A stretch of 64,000 nt of DNA from Curvularia clavata (lineage: Eukaryota), in assembly GCA_023920165.1 (NCBI GenBank), contig CP089275.1, forward strand, positions 2,790,001 to 2,854,000. Direction: 5' to 3'. This document shows, in pieces, positions 1 to 11,912 of this stretch. The position numbers and the translations under genes were made by a program. Numbering within the stretch: position 1 is the first letter of the stretch; the number at the start of each line of letters is the position of its first letter. Below the pieces are notes generated by a model, which did no database searches, was not told where the DNA came from, and was given only the letters and a program-made list of their open reading frames with translations.

Positions 1-1289
1 TGGCATCACCTTCTTGATCCTGTCATACCTCACTGTCGGTCTGCGTGGCTATGTTCGGTAAGATATCTCATTTGTGTTACTGTTTCTGAGAAACATGTTA
101 CTGACGATGTGGTTCAGCCTTTGCATGGTCAAGGGATTCGGTATTGACGACTATACCATGGTCGTCACGCTACTCTTCTTCACCGGATACTTGGTGTCCC
201 AGATTGGCGGTGCCGTCCACGGCTCTGGCGTGCGCCGCGTGAACCTTACCGACGAGGCCGCTGAGACAGCGCTTCACTTCTGGTTCTTTTGCGAGATATT
301 CTACACACTGTCGACGTGTATGCTCAAAATCTCCGTCGGCTTCTTCTTGCTACGCATCACCATCGTTCCTATGCATATCTGGCTTATCCGTCTCATCATG
401 GTCGTTTCTGGAATCGTAGGAATCGCATACACCTCCGTCGTCATCTTCCAATGCAAGCCCATCTCGTACTGGTGGACCCTTAACCCAGACGCCCCCGGCC
501 GCTGTCTGTCACCGACGCTCGTTATGAACTTCACTTTCGTTGTCTCTGGACTGAATGCCTTCGCCGACTGGGTCTTTGCCACTCTCCCTGTTCTTATCGT
601 TCAGGGTCTGAACATGAAGAAGCGTATGAAGGTTGTTGTGGCTTCTGTAATCGCCCTCGCAGCAATGTAAGTAACAGGTTTTTCTCTTGGGCGACAATGC
701 TCTAACACAGGCCAACAGTGGTTCTACAGCAACTATTATCCGCCTGCCATACACATCGACAATCAAGGGATACAAAGGCGACTTCCTCTACCGGACGACC
801 GATTTTGCCATCTGGAGCACTGTGGAGGTGGGCCTGGGCATAACCGCTGGATCCATTGCGACTCTGCGGCCTCTGTTGAAACAAGCCTTTGAGATTACTC
901 GGTCCGCCTCCGCCATGCCCTGGAGCAAGCCATCGCTCAAATCCGGCCAACAGCAGTCGGGCCAGCAGCTCAGCACGCTCAAGCCCTCGATCCAAAAATC
1001 CATAACCATCACCACCTCACGGGCCCGTCGAGAAAGCAGCCAATCCGACGAAGAGCGGTTCCTGGGCTCCAGCATGCCCTCGGAATCATGGCAACAGCAA
1101 CAAGGCCTCTCAGGCTATATTACATCCACCGTCCTCGACGAGCAAGCTGCACGCGCATCGGGTGATAAAGCCAGAAAGCAAGGACAGAAGCCACCACGAC
1201 GAGGCAGTCCTGGTGGCGCCAGCCAATCCACTATCGACAGCAAAGAGTCAGGCAAAGCACAAAGAGTACATGTACAAGATCGATTTTAG
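1..1289 (+). CDS. PTH11-like / fungal rhodopsin-domain integral membrane protein (5' partial; introns 58-117 and 667-718)
   Basis: Several hydrophobic helices with family-typical motifs (G.DDY, KISVGFFLLRI, FQCKPISYWW, DW.FATLP, W.TVEVGLGITAGSIATLRPL) followed by an S/Q-rich tail. GT..AG introns join ORFs 74..670 and 687..1289. Confidence 0.85.
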
Positions 1290-3447
1290 TTATGGGAGGC
1301 CTGAATAATCTCTTTACTCTAGTGTTTCTGCGAGCCAGCCTATCATTTTTTTACTATTTTTGCCCTTTCCAAAACCGCCCTAGAAAGTACTAGTGTCACG
1401 CCTCCTCTTATCACACGTTTACCCGTTGTTTCCAATCGATCCATCTTCGCCTGAGTTGCCATAACAGAGAGAAGGCAATAGGGACGTAGTACGCCACGTT
1501 TTGCTTTTTCGTTCCTTTTCCTTTCGCCGACTCGGCGCCCACACTCATCCTTGCGCAAATCCACAGCTTGCCACCACCGCCACCAATCGCCCGCCACCAA
1601 ACAACCACCATCAACCCCAGCTCGCTGTCGTCAGCGAATCAGTCTTGGCAGAGATTTACGCCGACGGGCTCGCTCGGCTAACACTGGATCGACACGCCGG
1701 ATCTTCCGATTACCGCAACGTTATTTCCTTCTGCCAATGTTCAAACCAGGGCCATAGCATACATACGCGGCATCTTGTTTCCGTTTTTCGCTGATTATTA
1801 TGTCGCTGTAGAAGAAGAAAAGCAGTGGTAATGGAAAGAGCAATGACGAATGGTTTGCCCAAAGTCTTGGTCATGCTGTGCATGCGCTTCGTGGTGGCTT
1901 TTCCCCTGACTCAGCAAAGTATCTAGGTGTATGTACGGCATTTGACACCGACACCGACGGTATGGCTTGCATCAAACGGATGCACACACGCACGCATGCG
2001 CGCATCCGAATCGCGATCACGATGTCGCCATAATGCGGCCGAAAGAGCCGCACGTATTCGTTTCCCAGATCTCGCCATATTGCGGCCCCTTCAGCCTCGC
2101 AAACGCCGCACGAGTCCCTGACTTGCGCCTCTCGTGCAACAATGGGGGAGTGGGGTCGAGGACGGCCTGATTTTCGGTTGCAGTTCCCTTACAACACCTA
2201 CGAGTCGTTGCTAAACCCCACCTACATTGCGCGGAGCCGGGAGTCTGATACTCTTTTCTACAACACCAACGAGTCGTTCTCTTCCCCACCTATACAGCTG
2301 CTACGCGGAACAATGGCATGTGGGTCTCCGTCGCTGTCCACCACAATTCACACCTACCACTACTCCTAGCCTCCGCGGTTTCTCCTTGTCTCAGGGTCAG
2401 CCGTGTCTGTATCCACCCCCGGGGGTTCCCGACTTCGGCGTGGTTCGTCAGGGTTTGTCTTCATTATCTGGAGAGAAGCCAGGGGCCCGGGGAAATTGGG
2501 ACTTTGGGGGGGTTGAGGGGTAGGCGAATGCCGTACATACAGTGGCGTTTTGACATGAGTTTGACCTAACAGCATAGTAAAGAAGGGGGTAGAAAAATGC
2601 ATCACAGGCGATTCAGAAGGTACTCGGCAGCTTGCATGAAGGAGCCGGGGGGCTGGTAGGTGGGAAAAAAGCAAAAAAGAAACCAAAACGTGAGGCGAGT
2701 GTTGCAACTTCACAAGAGAACTGCCGTCATCGTTGTCGACATTGAGCTTCTTATGCCTTTGCATTCTGCATCTCACACCCTGTATACACGTAGAGATCCG
2801 ACAAAAACTGGATCTAATTAATTCACGATTTTCTTTTGTTTGTACTAGATAGAAGCAGAAATATCGTATCAATACCGTTCAATCCACCTCTATAGCCGCC
2901 GCGGAGCTACCCAGTAATCCATCGCCATCGCCGATGCATTTTAATTGCTATTACGAAAGTTTTCCCCACATACACACCTCCCCCTTATAGCTGAGGATTG
3001 GTATAGTAAGTCCCAACAGGAGATTGTACCTGATCTCGCCTTAACTTGCCCTGCTTTTTTTTTCTTGACTCAAGGTGCAGTTCCAAGAGCCGAAGGAACG
3101 GATTCGCTATTCCCCTAGATCGCCGAGCGCTAATTCTTGGGAGACCCTGAAAGAAAAATTAAAACGCAGGGTACACATTTCTATAGCATCACGTGCGTTC
3201 GTGCGTTCGTGCGCGAACGGCCATACTAGGCCTTGACTGGTAACAAGAGACGAACGAGCATCACTGTCAATTTCACTCTGATCGTGATGATTCTTGCTAT
3301 GCTATATGCAAGTCTGTTGTTTGAAGGAAATGAAAAGCAGCCCCAAACAAAACACCGTTATCCCCACGCTGGTCTAGTGTTACATGTGTCGTGTTGTGAC
3401 AATTATGAAAACTCCTTGCAGAACAAAAAGAGAGATTGCCCAATGTA

Positions 3448-5855
3448 TTACCATAGAATATCGGCAAATGCCGTTCTCAACACTTCAGTCCTCGTCTTCT
3501 GCATTTCAGGGGCAATGCCAACCAAGTCTAGTATCTCCAGGCATTTCCGCGCATCGTTTTTCGCATCTTTAAGCAGTGGGTCAGCGGAAGGGGGCATGCC
3601 AGATTGGGATGGCGAGAGGGGCTCCATTTGTTGACCCAGGATACGCGCCATGAGAAGCTATCATACAGTTAGCGAGAGTTATGGAACCAAGAGAAATGAT
3701 GATGAGCACGGGAAAACGTACCGCTTCCTCAAAAGCACGGTGCTGGAACACCCACCACACGCTTGCATCGATTCTGAGATATTCCCAAAAGTGGAAGAAG
3801 GATTGCAGAGCCATTCGGGCTGCGTCCAGCGCGCCTTTGACATCACAAGACACTCCTTCGGCAGGATTCTCATCAGCTTGGATAGCCATGACACAATGCC
3901 AAAAGTTGCTTCGGAAGAAGAGATTTTGCCTCAGGCCGCGCGGATTCTGCTCCGCCATGATCCGTATCGTGGTATCATCAGAAGCAGTGAGCTCGACTGG
4001 TAAGGTGGCGTGTAGGGCAAAGTATTCGCTTACGAGCTCAGCCTTTTGAGCGGCGGACGTGGTTAGGGGTGTAGATAGCGAGCGTGGTACGCAAACGGTT
4101 CGGGATACGAGATTCGCCATCTGCCACATGGAGCGGATGTACCGTCGATCTGAAAGCTCATAAGGGGGGTAGAGATCCAGATTTGAGGCGATGTTGCTGA
4201 TACTCATGGGATTGATGACAGCATCTGCAGTGCCGTTACTCGACGAGGCATTTGGAATATAGTCGTCAAGATCATCACTCAGCGACTCTGGCTGTATGTC
4301 GGAGAAGACAGTGGTGGGCGGGAGCTTGAGGAGAACAGTCAGGAAGGTGTCTTGGAAGAATATGGCTTGCCAAAGCTTGCGGCGTTGTTGCTTGTCGCTT
4401 CGGGAGCAACGAGGGGCAATGGTGTCTGGGTCACGGTGCAGTCCCATGGCGTATGCTTGTCGTACGAGGACGCCACCAAAAGCCCACGCATCAGAAGCAT
4501 GATTGTCGTTCATCAAGAAGTAGCCTATCAGGACCATGGCTTGCAATGTTCTGACCGAAGCACGGCTAAGGTAGGATGATATGCGCAATGCTTGCTGTGC
4601 TGCCGAAATGTAAAACTCTGCAATCTGGGCGCGTTCACGGTTATCAGTCGTATGTATAAACTGAGTACCCATGGCATAGACGACAAAGTGAAGGGCTACG
4701 AGCACGGGATCTGCAGTGTGCTTCTCCTCAAGCGGCAGGGACCAGAAGCGTTCATAATCGGCATAGAAGTTCCTACGATGAACCATGGGGTAGACAGGAT
4801 CGACGGCATCAAAGTACTTGTCGACAAGTATGTCGGCCTGTTCTTTTGCTGGTAAGACACCAACGACCTCAGCCAGACCGCCACGACTAGTCCAGTAATT
4901 TGCAAAGGGATGTTCGGAACCCAGGCCGAAGAAGGGAGCGGGTGTCTGGTTCGAATAGGGAATATTTGATAAGAGAAACGGCGAGGACCCTGTTGATGAC
5001 AAAGAAACGCTTCGGTACTGTGTTCTGACAGGCGTTGGTGGCACATGGGTTGAAACCTGACAGCCGGGTCAGCCCTGTGCTAAATTGGGGACGGGATTGC
5101 CTGCATGCACGGATGCGGCAAAGACATGCAGGTCCGATGGGTATACACGAATGCAAGGCAGGAGAAAGGCAGGGAAATACAAAGTGCTTTTCTTTACCTG
5201 GATGGACTTGGCATTGGGCTGGGGATCTGCGCCAAGTCGTGGTGGAGGAGGTTTTGTGCTTGTCTTTTTGGATCGCCCCGTAGCATTCCGTCCGAGGCCA
5301 GCTCTGTACAAACAGTTAGTAGGCACGGGCGTTGTTGTAAGAGGATTCACGTACTTGTCTGCAGATGAAGCAATCAGATTGGCAATTTCAGAGTACCTGC
5401 ATGTGGATTGTCGTTTGATGCAGGCCAAGCAATGGGGTCGGGTGCGGTCACACTGCGGGCACGGTCAGCGGTCGAGTGCGTCGTTGTCGGTCTGATGCAT
5501 CGAGTCTTGTCGAGTCTTGTCGAGGCTTATCGAGGCTTATTGAGAAGGCGAGGCCGTCTTGCAGCCAACAGGTGGGCAGCGAATTTGGCCGAAGGGGAAA
5601 ACCCTCGTCTGCTGACTTTGACGCTCGATGATTGACGTGGGCCCGATTGCGTCGGCGCCTCGCTCACGCAATCATTCACTCACTCACCTTGGTCTTGCGC
5701 TCGACGCACTCTTCGCAGCTGAGGGTGGGCTTGTTGCGCTTCTGCTTTTTCTTGGGAGGCGCCTCACCCTGGGCAGTGCTCGTCGAGGCGGGCGGGCTGG
5801 TCGAGGGTTGCGTAGTGCGGTCGTCGTCGCCATCGACTTCGAGCTTAACCCTCAT
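3448..5855 (-). CDS. Zn(II)2Cys6 transcription factor with Fungal_trans middle homology region
   Basis: CEECVERKTK|CDRTRPHCLACIKRQSTC binuclear cluster split by intron 5453-5687. Further introns at about 5305-5354, 5058-5198 and 3660-3721. Contains AYAMGLHRDP and RRKLWQAIF motifs. Confidence 0.9.
5501..5540. repeat. Four tandem 10-mers (CGAGTCTTGT x2, CGAGGCTTAT x2) inside intron 1 of the Zn2Cys6 gene
   Basis: Read directly from the sequence. Confidence 0.85.
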
Positions 5856-6867
5856 TGCGCAGAACGGCGGAGCGCGTGGGCGGGTGTGGGCGCAGGCGTG
5901 GGCCCGGCAGCGGATCCTTGGATGCGATGTGACGCGAGCGTGTGGGTTGGGTGAGAAGGGACGGGAATAAGGCTGGCGATGTTGTTCCCACGAGTCCACG
6001 AGGCTCCCCCAGGAAAAAGAACACGACCATTGGACGACGCGGGGAGCGACTCCAACATGGCTTGTGGAGACTCGGCCAGCCACCCGCTTGGCGGTGACAA
6101 TGGCCTCGTCCACCTCTTGCCTTTGGCCCCTCGCCCCTGGACGTCGTCACCTGTGGTCGCCTGACGTCAATGCTGTCCTGCAATTCGCATCTTCATGCAC
6201 GCCGCCGCCGCCGCCGCTGCCTCGCCGGTACGCCATACCAATACTGTGTGCAAGCCTCTCCAACGCTGGGGCCGGACCCTTCTCCGTTGCGCCCGCACCC
6301 TAGCCGGGCCTGGCGCTGTGATTGAGTCGTAGCATTGCTTTTTCCCAGAAAGAAACAAGGTGGCCAGAATCTGACTGCAAGATGGACCAGTTGATGCCTT
6401 GATGGTGGTGTGGTTATTCGTCCATCAACATGTCGGACGAGAGCAAACGTGCCTGCCTGTGAATGCAAGACCCTGGCACGTGACATAGAGCATGACATTC
6501 GTCTCATACACCAGGGGGCTGCCACTATGATACTCAACTATGAGAAAGACATTCTAACAATCCCTCTAGCCACCAACACTGTCCCGCCAGAAGAATGCCA
6601 AACCTTGGTGTATCGAACAACAAATACCCAAAAGCCATGAAAAAGTGTCAAGAATACTATGCTCGCGTCGCCCAACGCCACGCTGATGCACAGGCACCAC
6701 CATGCAACGTGTATGCACACGCGAGCAAACCAGCTGTGATACTCAAACCAAGACGCCAACCCAAGTATCCCTTAGCTCTCATGCAAGCCCTCCCAATAAA
6801 CGCCTCGCATTGCCCCAAGCAAACTACACCACCTTAACCAGGACAGTGCGGTGCGTACCATCTACCC

Positions 6868-8698
6868 TCACGAACTTGTCTTCTTCTTACCAATATGTAG
6901 ATGGCCCAGGGCGTGCTCTTTTGCATCCTTCATCTCACTCTCTGGCTTGCCGTCTGGAAGCTCGCTAGTAGACGCGGCACCCGACACATGGTACTTAATA
7001 TCTCTTGCTACCTCCCCAACAATGCCCCTATCTTGTTGCTCGCCACTTTCATCGGTGCGCTTCGACTCGTTAGCTGCATCTGTTGTCGACTCGCTGGGCT
7101 CGGTCACGATTTGCTCGCCATTCGGACCGTGAGCACGGACGTCCTTTGTATCGCTCTCTCCACTATCTTCACTGTTCCTACCGCCAGGGGCGCTGACAAG
7201 CGTCGCGTTCTTCTTGTTCTCACTTCGAACGCTGCTGGCCCGGCTGACATCGGTTTGCGTGTTGGTCGGGCTTGCTCTGCGAACACCGAGGTCTTTGCCT
7301 TCGGAAGGCTCCACGCCCTGGGCGCCTCTCCAGTCTGCAGGTTGCGCTTGTCGTACAGGCTCGCCTTCTTTTGGCTCGGTGATCAACACACCCGGTCTGC
7401 CCTCTTCGGCTGATAGTGCGCGCCACACGACGGCTATCCGCTCAAAAGCCTGAGTGCCCTTTCGTGAGGAGCCTTTGATGCCGTCCATGGCGTCCCAATC
7501 AATCTCAAACATGCCAGATTCATCGGCATTGCCGTTTTGCTCGGGGCCGTTGCCTTCAAAGTAGGTGTTGAACCAAACATGTGCGACGGCCGTGACCATG
7601 GTTAGATCAAAGGCCGCTTTGTTGCGACGCTCGACGTCAATGTTGATATCATTGGTAGGAAGAACGACGCGCTTCGAAGGACGGAAAACCACATCACCAG
7701 TGCCAAAAGGCAGGCTTTCGCGTGATACCTTTCGCTCGACAGGCGCCCCATCTTTGTCGTTCTGCTGTCCCAAAGAAGCCGTGCTGCTGTTCTTGGACCC
7801 TTCACTGTTCTTTGAAGGACCAAAGCCGTTCTTGTACATGACTTCTTGCACAGCCTGCGCCATGCCTGTCGTCTTGACCTCGCCACGCACAATCTCACGC
7901 TCATCCCTGGTGAAAGTGTGGAAGTTCTTGATGAGCTTCCCGTCTTCGACAAAACCCTCTATCTGGATCTTGACGCCGTCCCGAAGCCCCCAGCAATGCA
8001 CTTCCAGCACTTCGACCTGGCGCTCGACATAGATTTTTCCGTGCTTGGCCCAGCGGTCGACATAACCTATCCAGCGCAATTGGCTGGGTATACTGACGCC
8101 TTTGCCCATGTTGGGGCGCATGCGCCGCTCGGTAAAGCGGTCTAGTGCCTTTTGGACTGGCCAGCCTTCCTCGCTGATGAGATAGCTGCAACTAGCTGTG
8201 CCAGATCGGCCCTTGCCGGCTTTGCAATGAACAACAACCACGCGGCCCTTCTTCTCATGCAGCCAGTTGCGCATGCTTGCCATGATGTTGGGTATCAGAG
8301 CAAAGGGTGGCGGATGGTGATCGGGGAATGGATAGTGGTACACGCGGTTGTACACCTCTGAGTCTGGATAGCCGGTGCCCTCGGCGCGGAACTCCCATAT
8401 GGCCCAATTGTCGCCATGCTTGGAGTCGAGAAACTTGACAAGGGAGTCGAGCGGGTTGCGATAGGCGCGCTGAGGATAGGTGCCGCTGGGGCCCGATGTA
8501 GCGATGACTGCAAGATGTCAGAGCATGGCCAGCAGCAGCATGGGACTTGGGGCGACTGTACTGTTGTCGGTTACATAGCACAGATCAAGGCCAGCCTCGG
8601 GGTGCCTGGCGCGAGGGCCGGCGACGAGTTGCCGCAGGAGCGACGCCTAGCACAGTCAGTCATGGCTCTTATCATCGTCAGCATTCTGCGCGCACCAT
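6868..8698 (-). CDS. TEP1: PTEN-like phosphatidylinositol-3,4,5-trisphosphate 3-phosphatase
   Basis: Catalytic HCKAGKGRSG, PFPDHHPP loop, LDLCYVTDNI-IATSGP N-terminus and GVSIPSQLRW. The first coding exon is the ATG alone (8696-8698), followed by intron 8647-8695. Confidence 0.92.
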
Positions 8699-9278
8699 GG
8701 CTAAGGCGAAAGAGTTTTGTATGCGAAGAGGATGCAAGGGCGGCTCATGGTGAGACTCTCAACCGTCGTCCGTCCGTGGGATGTAGGCGGGCACACGCGA
8801 CTGCTAGGTGGGTACGTCACCCTGGGCCGACCGGCACGCTAAGATTTGGTGCCTGCCCAGCGCCCTGCCGCTATTCAAGTAAACGACCACTAGGTATTAC
8901 CACTGCATATTTACCGAGTAAATCATTCTGTTCTTCTTTATACGTGCTTCTCATTGGGTCTTGGTCTGCCATCGACTACTACGGTCCAATCATCGCCCAT
9001 GCGCTCTGTATACTGACGCAATTCAATCTGTGTTTGAGTCACGTGATCCCTTCTTTGACGTCGTCCAAGTCCACCAAATACCCAGTCATATCTTTGCAGG
9101 TCTGTTATACAACCGACAATCGACATTTTCTATGCGCCATGGCTACCAAAGTACGTCTTGGCTAGGCAGCTGGAGTATGGCTGCCTAATATTGCGCTCGG
9201 ATGGCCTAAGCTAACATATCATTATATAGCATAGGAACCACCCTCAATCGACCCTCTTCAACAGATACACTCAACACC

Positions 9279-9587
9279 ATGGGTCAGGGTCAATCTCAGC
9301 AAACGTCAACATATCAGGCTCCTGAGCTAGAGGTCAGCGATGAAGAGCGCGCCAAGAACCAAGCTGAGGTATGGATGAATGGCTGTTCGTTTGTTAGACT
9401 AACACGGTAGCAGATGCGCGCCCAACAGCAAGCGGCCCTTGACAAGCGTCTCGCCAAGCAACCAAGGAGAGCATCTCCTACAGCAGCTCCAGCCAGAAGA
9501 AAACCAAGTGCACTGGAGCAAGCAAGCAGAGAAAACGTTGGATGGCGGAACGCGGATGCACAGGCAGAGTTAAGGAGCTGGAATTGA
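9279..9587 (+). CDS. Small (~87 aa) N-myristoylated protein, SVIP-like (putative); exons 9279-9368 and 9414-9587
   Basis: CACCATGG start context. GTATGG donor, CTAAC branch point and TAGCAG acceptor. Splicing gives MGQGQSQQTSTYQAPELEVSDEERAKNQAE-MRAQQQAALDKRLAKQPRRASPTAAPARRKPSALEQASRENVGWRNADAQAELRSWN*. Confidence 0.8.
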
Positions 9588-9861
9588 ATGGTCAGGGCAA
9601 ACAACCGAGAAAGGCCCGGGGCGGAATTCAGTATTACTGGATTTCAAACAGCCATGGAAGTCATGACGATAAGGACCACAAGACCACTATAGTTACTTAG
9701 AAGGCTGAGGATCAAACAGCGCCCACAATTTGGAATGAGACGTGCCATTCTTCTACCCAATCACGTGGCAGGTGCTTACATAACAGACGCGCCCCAACTT
9801 CGGCCCTGCATCACAGTGCGTTGCAAGAAGCAATTGCTCCCCCAGTCACGTCACTGCAATC

Positions 9862-11241
9862 ATGACAGAACAGCGCGTCGCAAAACGTAAGACACACACA
9901 AAGTCACGCAAGGGATGTTACCAGTGCAAGCAACGGCACACTAAAGTATGTGTAAACCCAGGTCTGCGCCCAGCCTTGTTCAGCCAATCATAATGCCTTG
10001 CCCAAAACTTTGCCATGTCTCCTAGCATCCCAGATGATGCGCATCAGGTGTCCCTGGACTATGGCAAAGTCAGCAGCTTACCTTGTGATGATTTTGGTAT
10101 CTCGTGCTTACTCTCGTTTTAGTGCAACGAAGCGCGACCACGTTGTGCCAACTGCGTTCGCCTCGACATTCATTGCACATTTCCAACCATACCGGAGAGC
10201 TACTCATCTCCGCAACATAGTTCCTCCGTCAGCTCTCCACATGTGGATCCAGTCCCTCCCGAGACCCCCGATGTGGCGCATAATCGCAACAGCTCCGACC
10301 TCCCTCTCGCGGATCTGCGCTTGCTGCATCACTGGACCAAGTCGTGCGCCAAGTCGTTGCATCCCAACCCTGCCCAACGAAGCTGTGTTTGGCAGAACGA
10401 ATTCGTCGAAATGGGCTTTGAATATCCGTTCCTTCTTCGCGGCTTTTTGGCCCTCTCTGCAATTCACCAAGCAACTCTGCTTCCATTTGGCGAGCGACAA
10501 GAGCTTCTGCTCCAGGCAGACTCCCACATCAGTCGAGCATTGGGCACATACAGAAAGAATCTAGACACGCCGAATCCCGATCTCGCTGTGCCCATGTTCA
10601 TGTTGTCTTCTGTGCTCTTGACGTACAACTTCGGCTCGGCGCAGCTTGCACAGCCCGAAGACCCCATTGTTGCACTTCACCACTGCTTTGGACTTTTGCA
10701 AGGCATCAAAGTCGTCGTTATGCCTCATTGGTCCCGAATCAAAAACACCAAAGCTTTTGCTTACGTCGCTGACATGGTTCCTCTTGCTACTCTGAAAGAC
10801 CTGGATAGTCTCGCCAAACAGGATAACCTCGAGGCAATCCTGCGTTTGAAGGAGCTTACAGAGTTATTGCTAGATAGTCAGGACAAGGAGGCCTGTGACA
10901 AAGCCATTGGCGACCTCCATGAGACAGGGCACCGCTTCAGTCACCTTCCCCCAGACCGCGACGAGTACACTCTTCTCTTTTTCTGGCCTGCCCAGCTGAA
11001 CAGTCGCTTCCTCGACCTCTTTGCAGCCCACAACCCTGTTACATGCATCATCACCACGTATTTTGTAGCTCTGTTGGCTCAAAGTCGCCCGGTATGGTGG
11101 GCCGCCAATTGGCCTCAATGGGTACTCACTGCATCGGAGCAGTTGTTGGCAGCAACACCTGATCTCTTGAAATGGTTAGAATGGCCGCGACGGATGATAC
11201 TCTCGCACGCGTGGGGTGCGACGCCTACTCATGCAGTGTGA
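9862..11241 (+). CDS. Zn(II)2Cys6 transcription factor, Upc2/Ecm22-like C6 family; intron 9946-10122
   Basis: RKTHTKSRKGCYQCKQRHTK|CNEARPRCANCVRLDIHC cluster, plus DLRLLHHW and YPFLLRGFLALSAIH motifs typical of this family. Confidence 0.88.
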
Positions 11242-11530
11242 TCAAATTGGTTGATAGGCATCGGGATTGGTGTAGTGTTCCAGAAACCGATTTCGATGTT
11301 GCCGTCGAATGACACAGTATCGTTCTTGCCTGTGCATCTACCAAGGTCAGAGTTACACAATCAAAGCAAACCTGAATTGCGTTCACACTGCCGTGTGGTG
11401 TGACGTATGAACAGGCAACCTGTGCGAAAATCTCGCATAGTCCAGGTCAAGTTGGCAAAGCAGTACAGCAGCAAGAAGAACGGGATTCATGGCTTAAACA
11501 TGAGACCTGTCGCTAGCTTACTTTTTCCTA

Positions 11531-11561
11531 TACGGCCAATACGGCCAATACGCAAATACGG
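11531..11561. repeat. Short tandem repeat (TACGGCCAA x2 plus a degenerate copy)
   Basis: tacggccaa tacggccaa tacgcaaa tacgg. Confidence 0.6.
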
Positions 11562-11912
11562 GCGCTAAGTTCGGCAACTCCCGCGTCGCACAAAATCTGT
11601 CCTACATACAGGGCCATCTCACACAAGGAGAGGGTTCATGCCGCGTTGCTGGTTCAAGCGGATGTCGGGCTGAGGTGTCTTTTTCATGTATACCGATTTT
11701 TTATCTTTGGGCTGTTTCAGGTAAAAAAAAAATCATAACAGTGCACTTTACTAGCTTACTATGCAGATTGATGCGACTATTTCACAGTAAACACTTACTA
11801 GCAATGGAAAGAATCTATCTCATACGTAGTATTTGTCCTGTTATTTTTTGCGTAGGTTGCAAGTTGAGATGATTATGCGTCCCATGGCCACCCCCTTTGT
11901 GGCAGGCAAATA

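Noticed and set aside
2190..2311. CRISPR-like repeat-spacer array
   Set aside because: Only two copies, eukaryotic context and no cas genes.
3020..3215. Short hairpins and (GTGCGTTC)n downstream of the Zn2Cys6 gene
   Set aside because: Stems of 5-6 bp and a 2.5-copy repeat are expected by chance in UTR or terminator DNA.
1290..3447. Telomerase RNA or snoRNA in the convergent gap
   Set aside because: I found no TAACCCTAA template and no paired C/D boxes on either strand.
8416..9165. 249-aa ORF on the plus strand
   Set aside because: Antisense to TEP1 exons and its promoter, with non-protein-like composition.
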